Shown piece by piece: positions 30,192 to 41,188 of a stretch of 64,000 bases of DNA (positions are counted from its first letter, which is position 1; each line of letters begins with the position of its first letter). This DNA comes from Pseudomonadota bacterium (lineage in GTDB: Bacteria > Pseudomonadota > Gammaproteobacteria > Ga0077536), in NCBI GenBank assembly GCA_036158955.1, contig JAYYFI010000016.1, positions 13,569 through 77,568 on the forward strand, given 5' to 3'. The notes below the pieces were generated by a model that was given only the letters and a program-made list of their open reading frames with translations, did no database searches and was not told the DNA's origin. Made by a program: the position numbers and the translations under genes.

Positions 30192-30656
30192 TCACGACAA
30201 AGCATTCTTAAGTAGATTAGCGAATTTCGATTTTTCACTTTCATTCAAAAAGCTTCCAAGCTCAATACTTTTACCCGAATAAAAAACATATAGCCTAAGA
30301 ACTTCTAAGGGAGTTTTCGGCCGTTGCAGTCTAACCAGCACCCATCTTTTATTTGCTTTCAAACAAGACGTTTTACCTCTTGTATACTGTTCGATAACAA
30401 TTATATCTCCCTCAAACTTAATTACCTCACGAGTCTTACCTTTCAACTGAACAAGATAAAAAGCAGCTGTAAATGCGAGTACCTCGATACCACAGAAAGG
30501 AAGAATTAAAGGGTAGCCAAGCATTAGCCCTATCAGGCCAATTAAAAGGCCGACCATGGCAACAAAATATATTAAGATTTTGCAATTACCCCAACTCAGA
30601 GACATTGTTGGCCTAAGCTCCCACTCGATAGGGGATTCTGATAATGTATTAATCAA
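30192..30656 (-). CDS. DUF2244-family membrane protein
   Basis: LRP..SLS, two TMs with LPFCGIE, C-terminal ELGSFLNE.EK. Confidence 0.75.
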   Translation of the reverse strand: MINTLSESPIEWELRPTMSLSWGNCKILIYFVAMVGLLIGLIGLMLGYPLILPFCGIEVLAFTAAFYLVQLKGKTREVIKFEGDIIVIEQYTRGKTSCLKANKRWVLVRLQRPKTPLEVLRLYVFYSGKSIELGSFLNESEKSKFANLLKNALS

Positions 30657-31350
30657 GGGAGTTGCTCCAAACTAATTTTTTTAGTACTTCAAATTGCACG
30701 GGGTCGGCACTTTGGTGATCAAAGTCGATCGTTAGCACAGGGGCAGATCCCATAATCTTTTCCAGACTCGATTCGACAGCTCCGGCAGCGACTACGTCAT
30801 TCGTGAGTCTATTCAACACCCAACCAAAAAGCTGAACCCCCGACTTTAAAATTGCCTCGAGAGTCAAAGAGGCATGATTTAAACATCCAAGCTTGTTTGA
30901 AATAACCAATACCACGGGGATATCAAGTTTCACTGCAAGATCGCAGACCATTTCTTTTGAATTTATAGGAACATGCCAGCCACCGATTCCTTCTACTATA
31001 ACCAAGTCAGATTTATTTTTAAAATCATTAACGAATTTGCAAATTTCATCTATGTCAATCTCTGTATTATTGATCGATGAGGCAATGTGCGGTGAACATG
31101 GCTCTGGGAACATATAACGACAGACGTCATGCTCTTTTATATCAATGTTTGAATTTTTGTGAAGCAAATTTACATCATCATTTTGTAAACAGCCATTTTT
31201 CAATTCAGCACCGGACGCAATTGGTTTGAGCCCAACAACATCGAGCCCTGCGGATCCCAAGTGATGTAATATTTCACAACAAACAAAGGTTTTTCCACAA
31301 CCTGTATCTGTACCTGTCACAAACAAACTTATTGTCAAGTTTTTCTCCAA
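30649..31350 (-). CDS. bioD: Dethiobiotin synthetase
   Basis: FVTGTDTGCGKT, KPIASG, SPHIA, VEGIGG, LGCLNH. Confidence 0.96.
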   Translation of the reverse strand: MEKNLTISLFVTGTDTGCGKTFVCCEILHHLGSAGLDVVGLKPIASGAELKNGCLQNDDVNLLHKNSNIDIKEHDVCRYMFPEPCSPHIASSINNTEIDIDEICKFVNDFKNKSDLVIVEGIGGWHVPINSKEMVCDLAVKLDIPVVLVISNKLGCLNHASLTLEAILKSGVQLFGWVLNRLTNDVVAAGAVESSLEKIMGSAPVLTIDFDHQSADPVQFEVLKKLVWSNSLD

Positions 31351-32204
31351 GTTATTACTTTCTGTTCTTCTTTATTTTTGAAATTACGATCAGAACCTGA
31401 GGCGCGCCCATATATTACTTCATAAGTTGCTGGAATTTTTCCGTCAACCTTTTTTTTATTGTAAGACGCAATAACTTTTCTAATAGTATCTGGCCCGGTT
31501 AAATTTTTATTTCTTGCGGACGATGCATTAGTAGCCCCTAATCCTTTCAAATCTTTCATTAATTTTAACGGTTCTTCATAATTTACGGTCAAAGTTTCGC
31601 GCTCAATTACAACATCTCGCATTCCAACATTTGCGAGGTAATCCCCAATTTGGTGCATATCTAAAAATTGGGTTGTATGAGAAAAACTCGAGTAACCTTC
31701 AAATGACTCTCTCAGCTCTCTTAATGTATTGGGTCCCAATGTGCTAAAAACAAATAATCCTCCTGAATCATTCAGAATGCTATTTACATTTGAAAAAACT
31801 TTCAGTGGCTCTGGACACCATTGTATTGATAAATTTGAATAAATTATATCGATTGAGCTTTGTTCAAAGGGCAAACTTTCTGCATCAGCACAAATAAAAA
31901 ATTTCTTTTTTTTAAACATAGACGAATGGGCTTTTTTTGCCACTATCAACATAGCCTCAGCTATATCAATACAAAAAAGCCTGCTTTTTGCAAATTTTCT
32001 CTGTAATGACGGTATCATTCGACCAGTACCACAGCCAAGTTCTAGAATCATTTTTGCATCATTAGTATTCGCATCTAATCTTTGGAGTAGCCTATTTGCC
32101 ACTTCTCTTTGCAAAAAATCAAAGTTTTCATATCGCGATGCCGCTTTGTTGAAGGTTGCGCGAACTCGTTCTTTATCTAAAGAGGGTTGATCATTTTTCA
32201 TCAT
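31335..32204 (-). CDS. bioC: Malonyl-ACP O-methyltransferase
   Basis: FNKAASRY, LELGCGTG, SNLSIQW, TLRELR, LKGLGA, PATYEV; ATGA overlap with bioF stop. Confidence 0.93.
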   Translation of the reverse strand: MMKNDQPSLDKERVRATFNKAASRYENFDFLQREVANRLLQRLDANTNDAKMILELGCGTGRMIPSLQRKFAKSRLFCIDIAEAMLIVAKKAHSSMFKKKKFFICADAESLPFEQSSIDIIYSNLSIQWCPEPLKVFSNVNSILNDSGGLFVFSTLGPNTLRELRESFEGYSSFSHTTQFLDMHQIGDYLANVGMRDVVIERETLTVNYEEPLKLMKDLKGLGATNASSARNKNLTGPDTIRKVIASYNKKKVDGKIPATYEVIYGRASGSDRNFKNKEEQKVITWRKT

Positions 32205-33355
32205 CCGGTCTCCAAACACAAAAACTCGACTAATTTTTCAAGTTGAGTAGCGGTATGAAGTGCACTAATTACGATTCTCAACCGTGACGTGCCAATAGGA
32301 ACTGTAGGCGGTCTAATTGCCTTCACATAGAAACCATTCGTTTTCAGTTGTCTTTCTTTTTTTATCGCCGATTGCTCTGAACTAAAAATAATCGGCTGAA
32401 TAGGGGAGTTGCTTTCTTTTATATCCAGCCCAGCTTGTCTTGCGAGCAATTTAAAATACTTAATATTGTTTTGGAGCTGAAGGTAGGGCCTATCGTCACT
32501 TATTAATATTTCTATGGCCTGACTCGCTGCTGCGGCTGCAACCGGAGGAATAGCAGTATCATAAATAAAGGTTCGGCAATAATTGACTAGATATTCTCTT
32601 ACTCTTCCCGATGATAAAATAACCCCACCAAATGAACCTAGTGCTTTACCTAGAGTAATCATAATTATTAAATTATCTGGGCGGGGCTTAGCATTCATAC
32701 CACCAGCTGCTCCGAGTCCATTATTAACAACGCCAAATCCATGAGCGTCATCAATGTAAAGTAAGACTTGTTTATCGCGAGAAAACGATTCGAGAATATT
32801 AATGTCTGCTAGGCCGCCATCCATACTAAATACACTTTCTGTTACGATAGCTATTTTTTCAGCTGGCGAAGTCAGCTCTAATTTAGGATAAACAAGATGG
32901 GGATATCTTTTGTGTTTGCAACCAGCAGATAAAACACCATCAATTAAAGAAGCATGGTTTAACCTATCGTGGTAAACTATGTCTTTTTTTGTAAGCAAAG
33001 ATCCCAGCGCACCTAAATTCGCCAAATAGCCTGATGAGAAAATTAATGCTGATTCAAAACCCAGTAAGGTAGAAAGTTTGGTCTCTAAATGTAAGTGGGC
33101 ACTACACCTCCCACCCAACAAAGCAGCGCTACCAGAACCAAAACCTGAATGATCAAGTTCATTTCTTACCGAAGCTACTACTTTGGGATTCATCGCCATT
33201 CCCAGATAATCATTACTAGAAAAATTGATTAACCGGTCTGAACCAATCTTGATGAGGGGTCTTTGAGTTATACAACTAGTCTCAAGCTGACGAAATTGAT
33301 GTTTTTTTTTCTTTTCGCTCAAACCCGTATTTAAAAAAGATGCCCAATGATTAAT
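32201..33355 (-). CDS. bioF: 8-amino-7-oxononanoate synthase (probable ATT start at 33355; ORF-track TTG at 33322)
   Basis: NFSSNDYLG, SSGYLAN, DRLNHASLIDG, DDAHGFG, TLGKALG, AIRPPTVP. Confidence 0.93.
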   Translation of the reverse strand: MNHWASFLNTGLSEKKKKHQFRQLETSCITQRPLIKIGSDRLINFSSNDYLGMAMNPKVVASVRNELDHSGFGSGSAALLGGRCSAHLHLETKLSTLLGFESALIFSSGYLANLGALGSLLTKKDIVYHDRLNHASLIDGVLSAGCKHKRYPHLVYPKLELTSPAEKIAIVTESVFSMDGGLADINILESFSRDKQVLLYIDDAHGFGVVNNGLGAAGGMNAKPRPDNLIIMITLGKALGSFGGVILSSGRVREYLVNYCRTFIYDTAIPPVAAAAASQAIEILISDDRPYLQLQNNIKYFKLLARQAGLDIKESNSPIQPIIFSSEQSAIKKERQLKTNGFYVKAIRPPTVPIGTSRLRIVISALHTATQLEKLVEFLCLETG

Positions 33356-33364
33356 ATGCTTACC

Positions 33365-34351
33365 TCACTCAGATGTTAGTCCAAGTTTTGCCATGAGTAA
33401 CTTATCTTTATTAATTTCAGGATTTTCTGTTGTTAACAGCTCCTCTCCGTAGAAAATTGAATTAGCACCAGAAAAAAAACAAAGCGCTTGTAATTCATCT
33501 GACATTTCGGACCTTCCTGCCGATAGTCTAATATAAGTTTTAGGCATGACAATTCTCGCAGTAGCTATCAATTTGACCAAATCGATTGGGTCGACATCTT
33601 TTTCATCGTAGAGTGGCGTTCCTTTGACTTTCACCAATGTATTGATTGGAACAGACTCTGGTTGTGGCTCCATATTGGCTAGAACATGCAACAATTCAAA
33701 ACGATCACACTCTGATTCGCCGAGACCTAAAATGCCACCGCAACATACTTTTATGCCGCTTTTTTGAACATTTTTTATAGTATCTAATCTTTGGTCAAAG
33801 GTTCTAGTGGAGATGATTTTAGAGTAAAAATTCTCTGAGGTATCTAAATTATGATTATAATAGTCTAATCCTGCTTCTTTTAATTCACATGCCTGCGATG
33901 GAGTCAACATGCCTAAAGTCATGCAAGTCTCAAGCCCCAACTCTTTAATTCCCTTCAGGACAGGCAATAATTGTTTGAGATCTTTAGTTTTAGGTGATCT
34001 CCATGCAGCCCCCATGCAAAATCGACTCGCGCCAGACTGTTTAGCTTGTTTAGCCTTATCTAATATGTCTTCCACACTCATTAAAGCGGTAGTAGAAACA
34101 TCTGTTTTATAACGGATGCTCTGGGGACAATAGGAGCAATCTTCTGGACACGCTCCACTTTTTATATTAACTAATGTGCTCAATTGCACACTGTTAGGGT
34201 TAAAATTTTCGATATGAATCAAACGCGCTTTGAAGACGAGATCATTGAAAGGTAGATTATATAGCCCCTTAATTAACTCGAGTGTAGGCGTATATGGGTT
34301 ATTTGCCCCTATTTGTTCAATATTAGTTTCTTTATCGATATCAGTTAACAT
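33365..34351 (-). CDS. bioB: Biotin synthase
   Basis: CPEDCSYCPQS radical-SAM motif, YNHNLDT, VPIN, RLSAGR, GANSIF. Confidence 0.97.
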   Translation of the reverse strand: MLTDIDKETNIEQIGANNPYTPTLELIKGLYNLPFNDLVFKARLIHIENFNPNSVQLSTLVNIKSGACPEDCSYCPQSIRYKTDVSTTALMSVEDILDKAKQAKQSGASRFCMGAAWRSPKTKDLKQLLPVLKGIKELGLETCMTLGMLTPSQACELKEAGLDYYNHNLDTSENFYSKIISTRTFDQRLDTIKNVQKSGIKVCCGGILGLGESECDRFELLHVLANMEPQPESVPINTLVKVKGTPLYDEKDVDPIDLVKLIATARIVMPKTYIRLSAGRSEMSDELQALCFFSGANSIFYGEELLTTENPEINKDKLLMAKLGLTSE

Positions 34352-34356
34352 TATAA

Positions 34357-34389
34357 TGGTAAACAAAAATATAAAAATAAAGTTTACAA
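34357..34389. promoter_or_regulatory. BirA biotin operator (bioO-like)
   Basis: Minus strand TTGTAAAC-N17-GTTTACCA immediately upstream of bioB, matching the proteobacterial TTGTAAACC-N14..16-GGTTTACAA pattern. Confidence 0.75.
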
Positions 34390-34398
34390 TGTTTAAAA

Positions 34399-36786
<2,388 letters not shown>

Positions 36787-36795
36787 TTACCTTCT

Positions 36796-37863
36796 TTACG
36801 TTATATTGCCTTGTTCCACGTGAAACACCTTGTACCTCCTCTCATCAAAAAGCTCAACCATATCGGGCTGAATACTGCTCATGATTTTCTGCCCACTCAA
36901 CTTTAATATTTTATCAATTAGATACCTTCTTTTTCCACTATCCAGCTCTGCACTTAGATCATCTATTAAAAGAATTGGATCAGTGGATCCATTTTCACTT
37001 ATATACTCGTGTAACGCTATTATCAATTCGAACGCAGCAACTTTTAACTGGCCCTTTGAAAGACGCTTGGCCCCAGACTTACCGGCAACCCTCATACGCA
37101 GGTCTGCTCTATGAGCTCCGTATAAAGTATACCCTATTCTAAACTCTGATTCTCTATTGCTTTTTAAATGTTCTGATAGACTCAAACCATCACCCCATCC
37201 TCTACGGTAATCAAACCACACACCTCCCAAATCCTCACTCAAACTACTACTTCTTAAATGATTATTTAATTTATCAACGATTTGCTTTCGGCAAAGGTCC
37301 ATCTCATGGCTCCTCTCACTAACTATTTTATCCCAATAATTAATCTCGCTTGATGAACGACCTGATTTCAAAATATTGTTTCTATGGCCGAGGGCCTTTC
37401 TGAGTTCTTGCCAAACAACCAAAAAATTTGGTTCCACGTGAAACGCGGTCCTGTCTAATAGATCTCTACGAGCCTTGGGGGAATTGGTTAGTAAATCTGC
37501 TGCCCTGGAATTCCCAACCAATACAGGAATCTTAGCAGCTACTTCGGACGTCTTTTTTACGCTCTGACCTTGAAAAGTATAGCTTGTTTTCGATGAGCTT
37601 TTTTCTAGTTTAATTTTCGACTCTAATCCGCCATCACCAACAAAGAGTCCAGCCAACCCCAAGCTTAAGCTGCCATCCCTTATCAAATCGAGCCTTTTAG
37701 CAGCGCTGAAGTTTTTTCCTGTTGCTAACAAATATATACCTTCTAAAAAAGAAGTTTTGCCCGACCCGTTTTTTCCAACTATCAGATTTATATTCTTGTG
37801 TAGTTCAACTGATGCGTGACTTATACACCTTAAATTAATGATACTAAAATCACACAAATGCAT
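36796..37863 (-). CDS. recF: DNA replication/repair protein RecF
   Basis: GKNGSGKTS, GAHRADL, LSKGQ, LLIDDLSAELD. Confidence 0.94.
   Translation of the reverse strand: MHLCDFSIINLRCISHASVELHKNINLIVGKNGSGKTSFLEGIYLLATGKNFSAAKRLDLIRDGSLSLGLAGLFVGDGGLESKIKLEKSSSKTSYTFQGQSVKKTSEVAAKIPVLVGNSRAADLLTNSPKARRDLLDRTAFHVEPNFLVVWQELRKALGHRNNILKSGRSSSEINYWDKIVSERSHEMDLCRKQIVDKLNNHLRSSSLSEDLGGVWFDYRRGWGDGLSLSEHLKSNRESEFRIGYTLYGAHRADLRMRVAGKSGAKRLSKGQLKVAAFELIIALHEYISENGSTDPILLIDDLSAELDSGKRRYLIDKILKLSGQKIMSSIQPDMVELFDERRYKVFHVEQGNIT
36812..36827. other. parS centromere-like site (inside recF 3' end)
   Basis: TGTTCCACGTGAAACA matches the parS consensus TGTT(T/C)CACGTG(A/G)AACA. Confidence 0.9.
37430..37445. 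other. Second parS site (inside recF)
   Basis: GGTTCCACGTGAAACG; 14-bp core identical to the first site. Confidence 0.8.
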
Positions 37864-37889
37864 ATAAATGTAGTTATCTCCTAAAAAAA

Positions 37890-38999
37890 CTATATCCTCA
37901 TTGGCATAACGACAAACGTTAGATCCTCATTATTTGGCGTAGACACCAAACAACTAACATCTGCGCCCTGCAAATCAATTCTAATATTATCTCCCGGAAT
38001 GACTTGCAATATGTCTTGTAAATAAGATGCATTAAACCCGACTTCAATAGGCTCACCGGCATATTCTGCCTCTAGCTCCTCGACTGCTTCTTCTTGCTCA
38101 TGGTTAGTTCCTGTTACCATGACTAATTCTTTCGTAATGTTCATTTTAACCAATGGATTTCTATCAGAAGCTAAAACAGCAGCTCTGTTCAAACCACCAC
38201 GAAGCACTTCTTTATCGATATAAAGAGGGGTTGCCGTTTGCGAAGGGATTACTTTTTTATAGTTGGGAAATGCTCCTTCAAGCAGTTTTGTAGTTAATGA
38301 AACCTCATCTGATATCATTATTTTCAAATGATTGGTCCCCAATCGCAACTCGGCTTTAGTATTCTTGTCAAACGCGGTTAATAACCGATTTATTTCAACA
38401 ACCCCTTTTCTTGGGATAATAGACTGAACCAACGCATCTGACTCAACCTTAATACTTTCTTCCGCCAGTGCGAGTCTATGTCCGTCTGTGGCAACTGCCC
38501 TAATCAAATCCCCCTGAACCTCAAGCAAAAGTCCATTCAAATAATGCCTGACATCTTGCAAGGCCATTGCAAATTCAGTCTTATCAATGAGGTTTTTTAA
38601 TAAACCCACATCCATTTTAAATTCACAAAGATTGTCAAAATCTCCGATTTTTGGAAACTCTTGCCCAGAACTAAGAGCCAAAGTAAAACGACTACGACCA
38701 GATTTTATTTTTGCTTTGTTGGCACTCAATTCAATTTTTATATCAGAGTTTTCGGGAAGCTCTTTACAAATATCAAATAATTTTCGAGCTGGAATAGCCG
38801 CTTTAACTTGTTCCTGTGTACCTAGTGACATTGTCGTATTAACTTCTACTTCGGTGTCAGTAGCAGTAACTATTAATTGTTGAGCATCGCACTGAAATAA
38901 AACATTAGACAAAATGGGGATCGATTGTCGTTTCTCTATAACTCCGTTTGCTCTTTGTAAAGCTGGTAATAATAATTCTCTTTTTATATTAATATTCAT
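37890..38999 (-). CDS. dnaN: DNA polymerase III beta clamp
   Basis: PILSNVL, ATDTE, VATDGHRLA, IIPRKG, C-terminal VVMPMRI. Confidence 0.97.
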   Translation of the reverse strand: MNINIKRELLLPALQRANGVIEKRQSIPILSNVLFQCDAQQLIVTATDTEVEVNTTMSLGTQEQVKAAIPARKLFDICKELPENSDIKIELSANKAKIKSGRSRFTLALSSGQEFPKIGDFDNLCEFKMDVGLLKNLIDKTEFAMALQDVRHYLNGLLLEVQGDLIRAVATDGHRLALAEESIKVESDALVQSIIPRKGVVEINRLLTAFDKNTKAELRLGTNHLKIMISDEVSLTTKLLEGAFPNYKKVIPSQTATPLYIDKEVLRGGLNRAAVLASDRNPLVKMNITKELVMVTGTNHEQEEAVEELEAEYAGEPIEVGFNASYLQDILQVIPGDNIRIDLQGADVSCLVSTPNNEDLTFVVMPMRI

Positions 39000-39175
39000 T
39001 ATATTTATTAGTTCTGTGGATTAGTGGATAAGTCAAAAAATAATTGTAAATCATGATTTTAGCGTTAACAATAAAAAAATAACATTGTTTCTTTATTGTG
39101 GATAGGTTATTGAAAAGCCTGTATAAAAACATGCTAATTTTTTTGTTTTCGGGTTATAAATAGGTTATCAACAAA
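39000..39175. other. Probable oriC (dnaA-dnaN intergenic)
   Basis: One-mismatch DnaA boxes TGTGGATTA 39015-23, AGTGGATAA 39023-31, TGTGGATAG 39097-105, TTATCAACA 39165-73 in very AT-rich DNA; predominant gene orientation flips near here; parS sites nearby. Confidence 0.8.
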
Positions 39176-40489
39176 TTAACTTGATAAAATTCGATCTAAG
39201 TTGGAGTAATCTTCTTGAACTTTTGCATCTGTAATTTTTAACTCTGAAATTTTACGACAAGCATGAATGACTGTAGTATGGTCTCTACCCCCAAATGCAT
39301 CGCCAATTTCAGGAAGAGAATGGGTGGTTAATTCTTTCGATAGAGCCATTGCTACTTGTCTTGGTCTTGCTATCGACCTATTTCGTCGTTTGGATAAAAT
39401 ATCAGCGACTCTGATTTTATAATATTCAGCGACCGTTTTTTGAATATTTTGTAGGGTAATGGTTTTGTCCTGAAGGGCTAGCAAATCTTTGAGTGCTTCC
39501 TTGGCGAAATCCAAAGTAATTGGATGTCCGGTAAAATTTGAGTTTGCCACAACTCTATGCAATGCACCTTCCAGTTCTCTCACATTGGCTCTAAATCTTT
39601 TACCGATAAGAAACGCAACTTCGTCAGGCAAATTTATCCCCATAAGTTGCGCTTTTGACATCAAAATTGCAACTCGAGTTTCTAATTCTGGGGGTTCTAT
39701 ATTTACACTTAATCCCCATCCAAACCTAGATTTTAACCTTTCTTCTACTCCCGTAACTTCTTTAGGATAACTGTCGCAAGTCAAAACAATTTGGTGTTTG
39801 CTTTCTAATAAGTTGTTAAATGTATGAAAGAACTCTTCTTGAGATCTTTCTTTGCCTCCAAAGAACTGAATATCATCAATTAATAAGGCATCTACTGACC
39901 GGTAAAATTTTTTAAAATCATTGATCTTATTATGTTGTAGTGCTTTTACCATATCTTGAACAAACGCCTCTGAATGAACGTAAACCACTCGAGAATTTGA
40001 GTTAAATTTAGTAATTAGATTTCCCACAGCGTGCATTAAATGAGTTTTACCTAACCCAACCCCTCCCGATATAAACAAAGGGTTATAAGTTTTACCAGGG
40101 CTTTCTGAAACCTGAATCGCCGCAGCTCTAGCTATTTGATTAGATTTACCCCCTACGAACGACTCAAACGTAAAGTCTTGCAGGCCTGATTTTCTAAATT
40201 GAGGAGATCTATCTCTTTTAACTTTGTTAGAACTATCAGTAATTCGGTTGCTTCCAATTTCAAAAGAAATCTCAAAACCTTCATCGAAGTAATTCTTAAT
40301 TACTTTTGTAACAATGTCAGCATATTTCTCAAGTAATATATCAAAAACGAAGCTATTTGGCGCTAAAACCTTGATATCATTCTCTGATTCCTCGTACTGT
40401 AGAGGTTTTATCCAAGTATTGTATTCTTTTGGGGATAATTCGTTTTTTAGGTCTTTAAGACAGTCTTCCCAATTTTTAGATTTTTTCAA
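39176..40489 (-). CDS. dnaA: Chromosomal replication initiator DnaA (TTG start)
   Basis: [46 protein letters not shown]. Confidence 0.98.
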   Translation of the reverse strand: MKKSKNWEDCLKDLKNELSPKEYNTWIKPLQYEESENDIKVLAPNSFVFDILLEKYADIVTKVIKNYFDEGFEISFEIGSNRITDSSNKVKRDRSPQFRKSGLQDFTFESFVGGKSNQIARAAAIQVSESPGKTYNPLFISGGVGLGKTHLMHAVGNLITKFNSNSRVVYVHSEAFVQDMVKALQHNKINDFKKFYRSVDALLIDDIQFFGGKERSQEEFFHTFNNLLESKHQIVLTCDSYPKEVTGVEERLKSRFGWGLSVNIEPPELETRVAILMSKAQLMGINLPDEVAFLIGKRFRANVRELEGALHRVVANSNFTGHPITLDFAKEALKDLLALQDKTITLQNIQKTVAEYYKIRVADILSKRRNRSIARPRQVAMALSKELTTHSLPEIGDAFGGRDHTTVIHACRKISELKITDAKVQEDYSNLDRILSS

Positions 40490-40664
40490 TAGTTATCTCT
40501 TTATAAAAGTGACAGGGTCTCTGCAAAATATTATGATAACAACATCGGAAATTAGTATACGTGTTGCGAAAATATTGCTAAACCGAGGAAAAGATAATAG
40601 TATCTCGACCCTTAATTAATGCAAATATAACACTAACATAAAACACTTAAATTGGTGAATAGAT

Positions 40665-40802
40665 ATGAAGAGAACTTTTCAACCAAACAGACTCAAACGT
40701 TCAAAGAAACACGGGTTCAGAGCTAGGATGAAAACTAAAGCTGGTCGCAGGATAATTAAAGCCCGACGAGCAAAGGGTCGCCATGTTTTAGCTGCAGATT
40801 AA
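40665..40802 (+). CDS. rpmH: 50S ribosomal protein L34
   Basis: Hand translation [45 protein letters not shown]; not in the ORF track. Confidence 0.97.
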   Translation: MKRTFQPNRLKRSKKHGFRARMKTKAGRRIIKARRAKGRHVLAAD

Positions 40803-40812
40803 CTTATAATTC

Positions 40813-41157
40813 ATGGGGTTTTCTTCAAAACATAGAATTTGCAATCAAGTTTGCTTTAACAACATATTTGCCAACGGAACAATGCTGAATGCAACCGATT
40901 TTAAAATATTTTGGAACATTAACGAAGTCATGTTTCCACGATTAGCTATTCGAGTTCCTAAAAAAGAAATTTCTGGAGCGGTGGAAAGAAATCGCGTTAA
41001 AAGATTATTGAGAGAGGTTTTTAGAGATCAAATTAATGCTATTCCGGTTTTTGACTATGTAATAATTTGTAAACATCGTTTGCTTTCATACTCTAATCAA
41101 AAAATTAGAGCCTCTCTAATGACAGTGTTAAATGAAATCCCATCTAATAATTTGTAA
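40813..41157 (+). CDS. rnpA: Ribonuclease P protein component
   Basis: PRLAIRVPKK, AVERNRVKR..RE (RNR motif); follows rpmH. Confidence 0.92.
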   Translation: MGFSSKHRICNQVCFNNIFANGTMLNATDFKIFWNINEVMFPRLAIRVPKKEISGAVERNRVKRLLREVFRDQINAIPVFDYVIICKHRLLSYSNQKIRASLMTVLNEIPSNNL

Positions 41158-41188
41158 AGAAATTATTCTAACTTTTTAAGGAATATAA

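Noticed and set aside
33302-33315. Poly-A run in bioF as a programmed frameshift or phase-variation site
   Set aside because: The reading frame is intact on both sides, and such runs are common in this AT-rich sequence.
40490-40664. dnaA-rpmH intergenic region as oriC
   Set aside because: I saw no convincing DnaA boxes here, unlike in the dnaA-dnaN gap.
41132-41179. Possible yidD remnant (MKSHLIICKEIILTF) overlapping the rnpA end
   Set aside because: It is too short and lacks the YidD cysteine motifs; only the absence of yidD is supportable.
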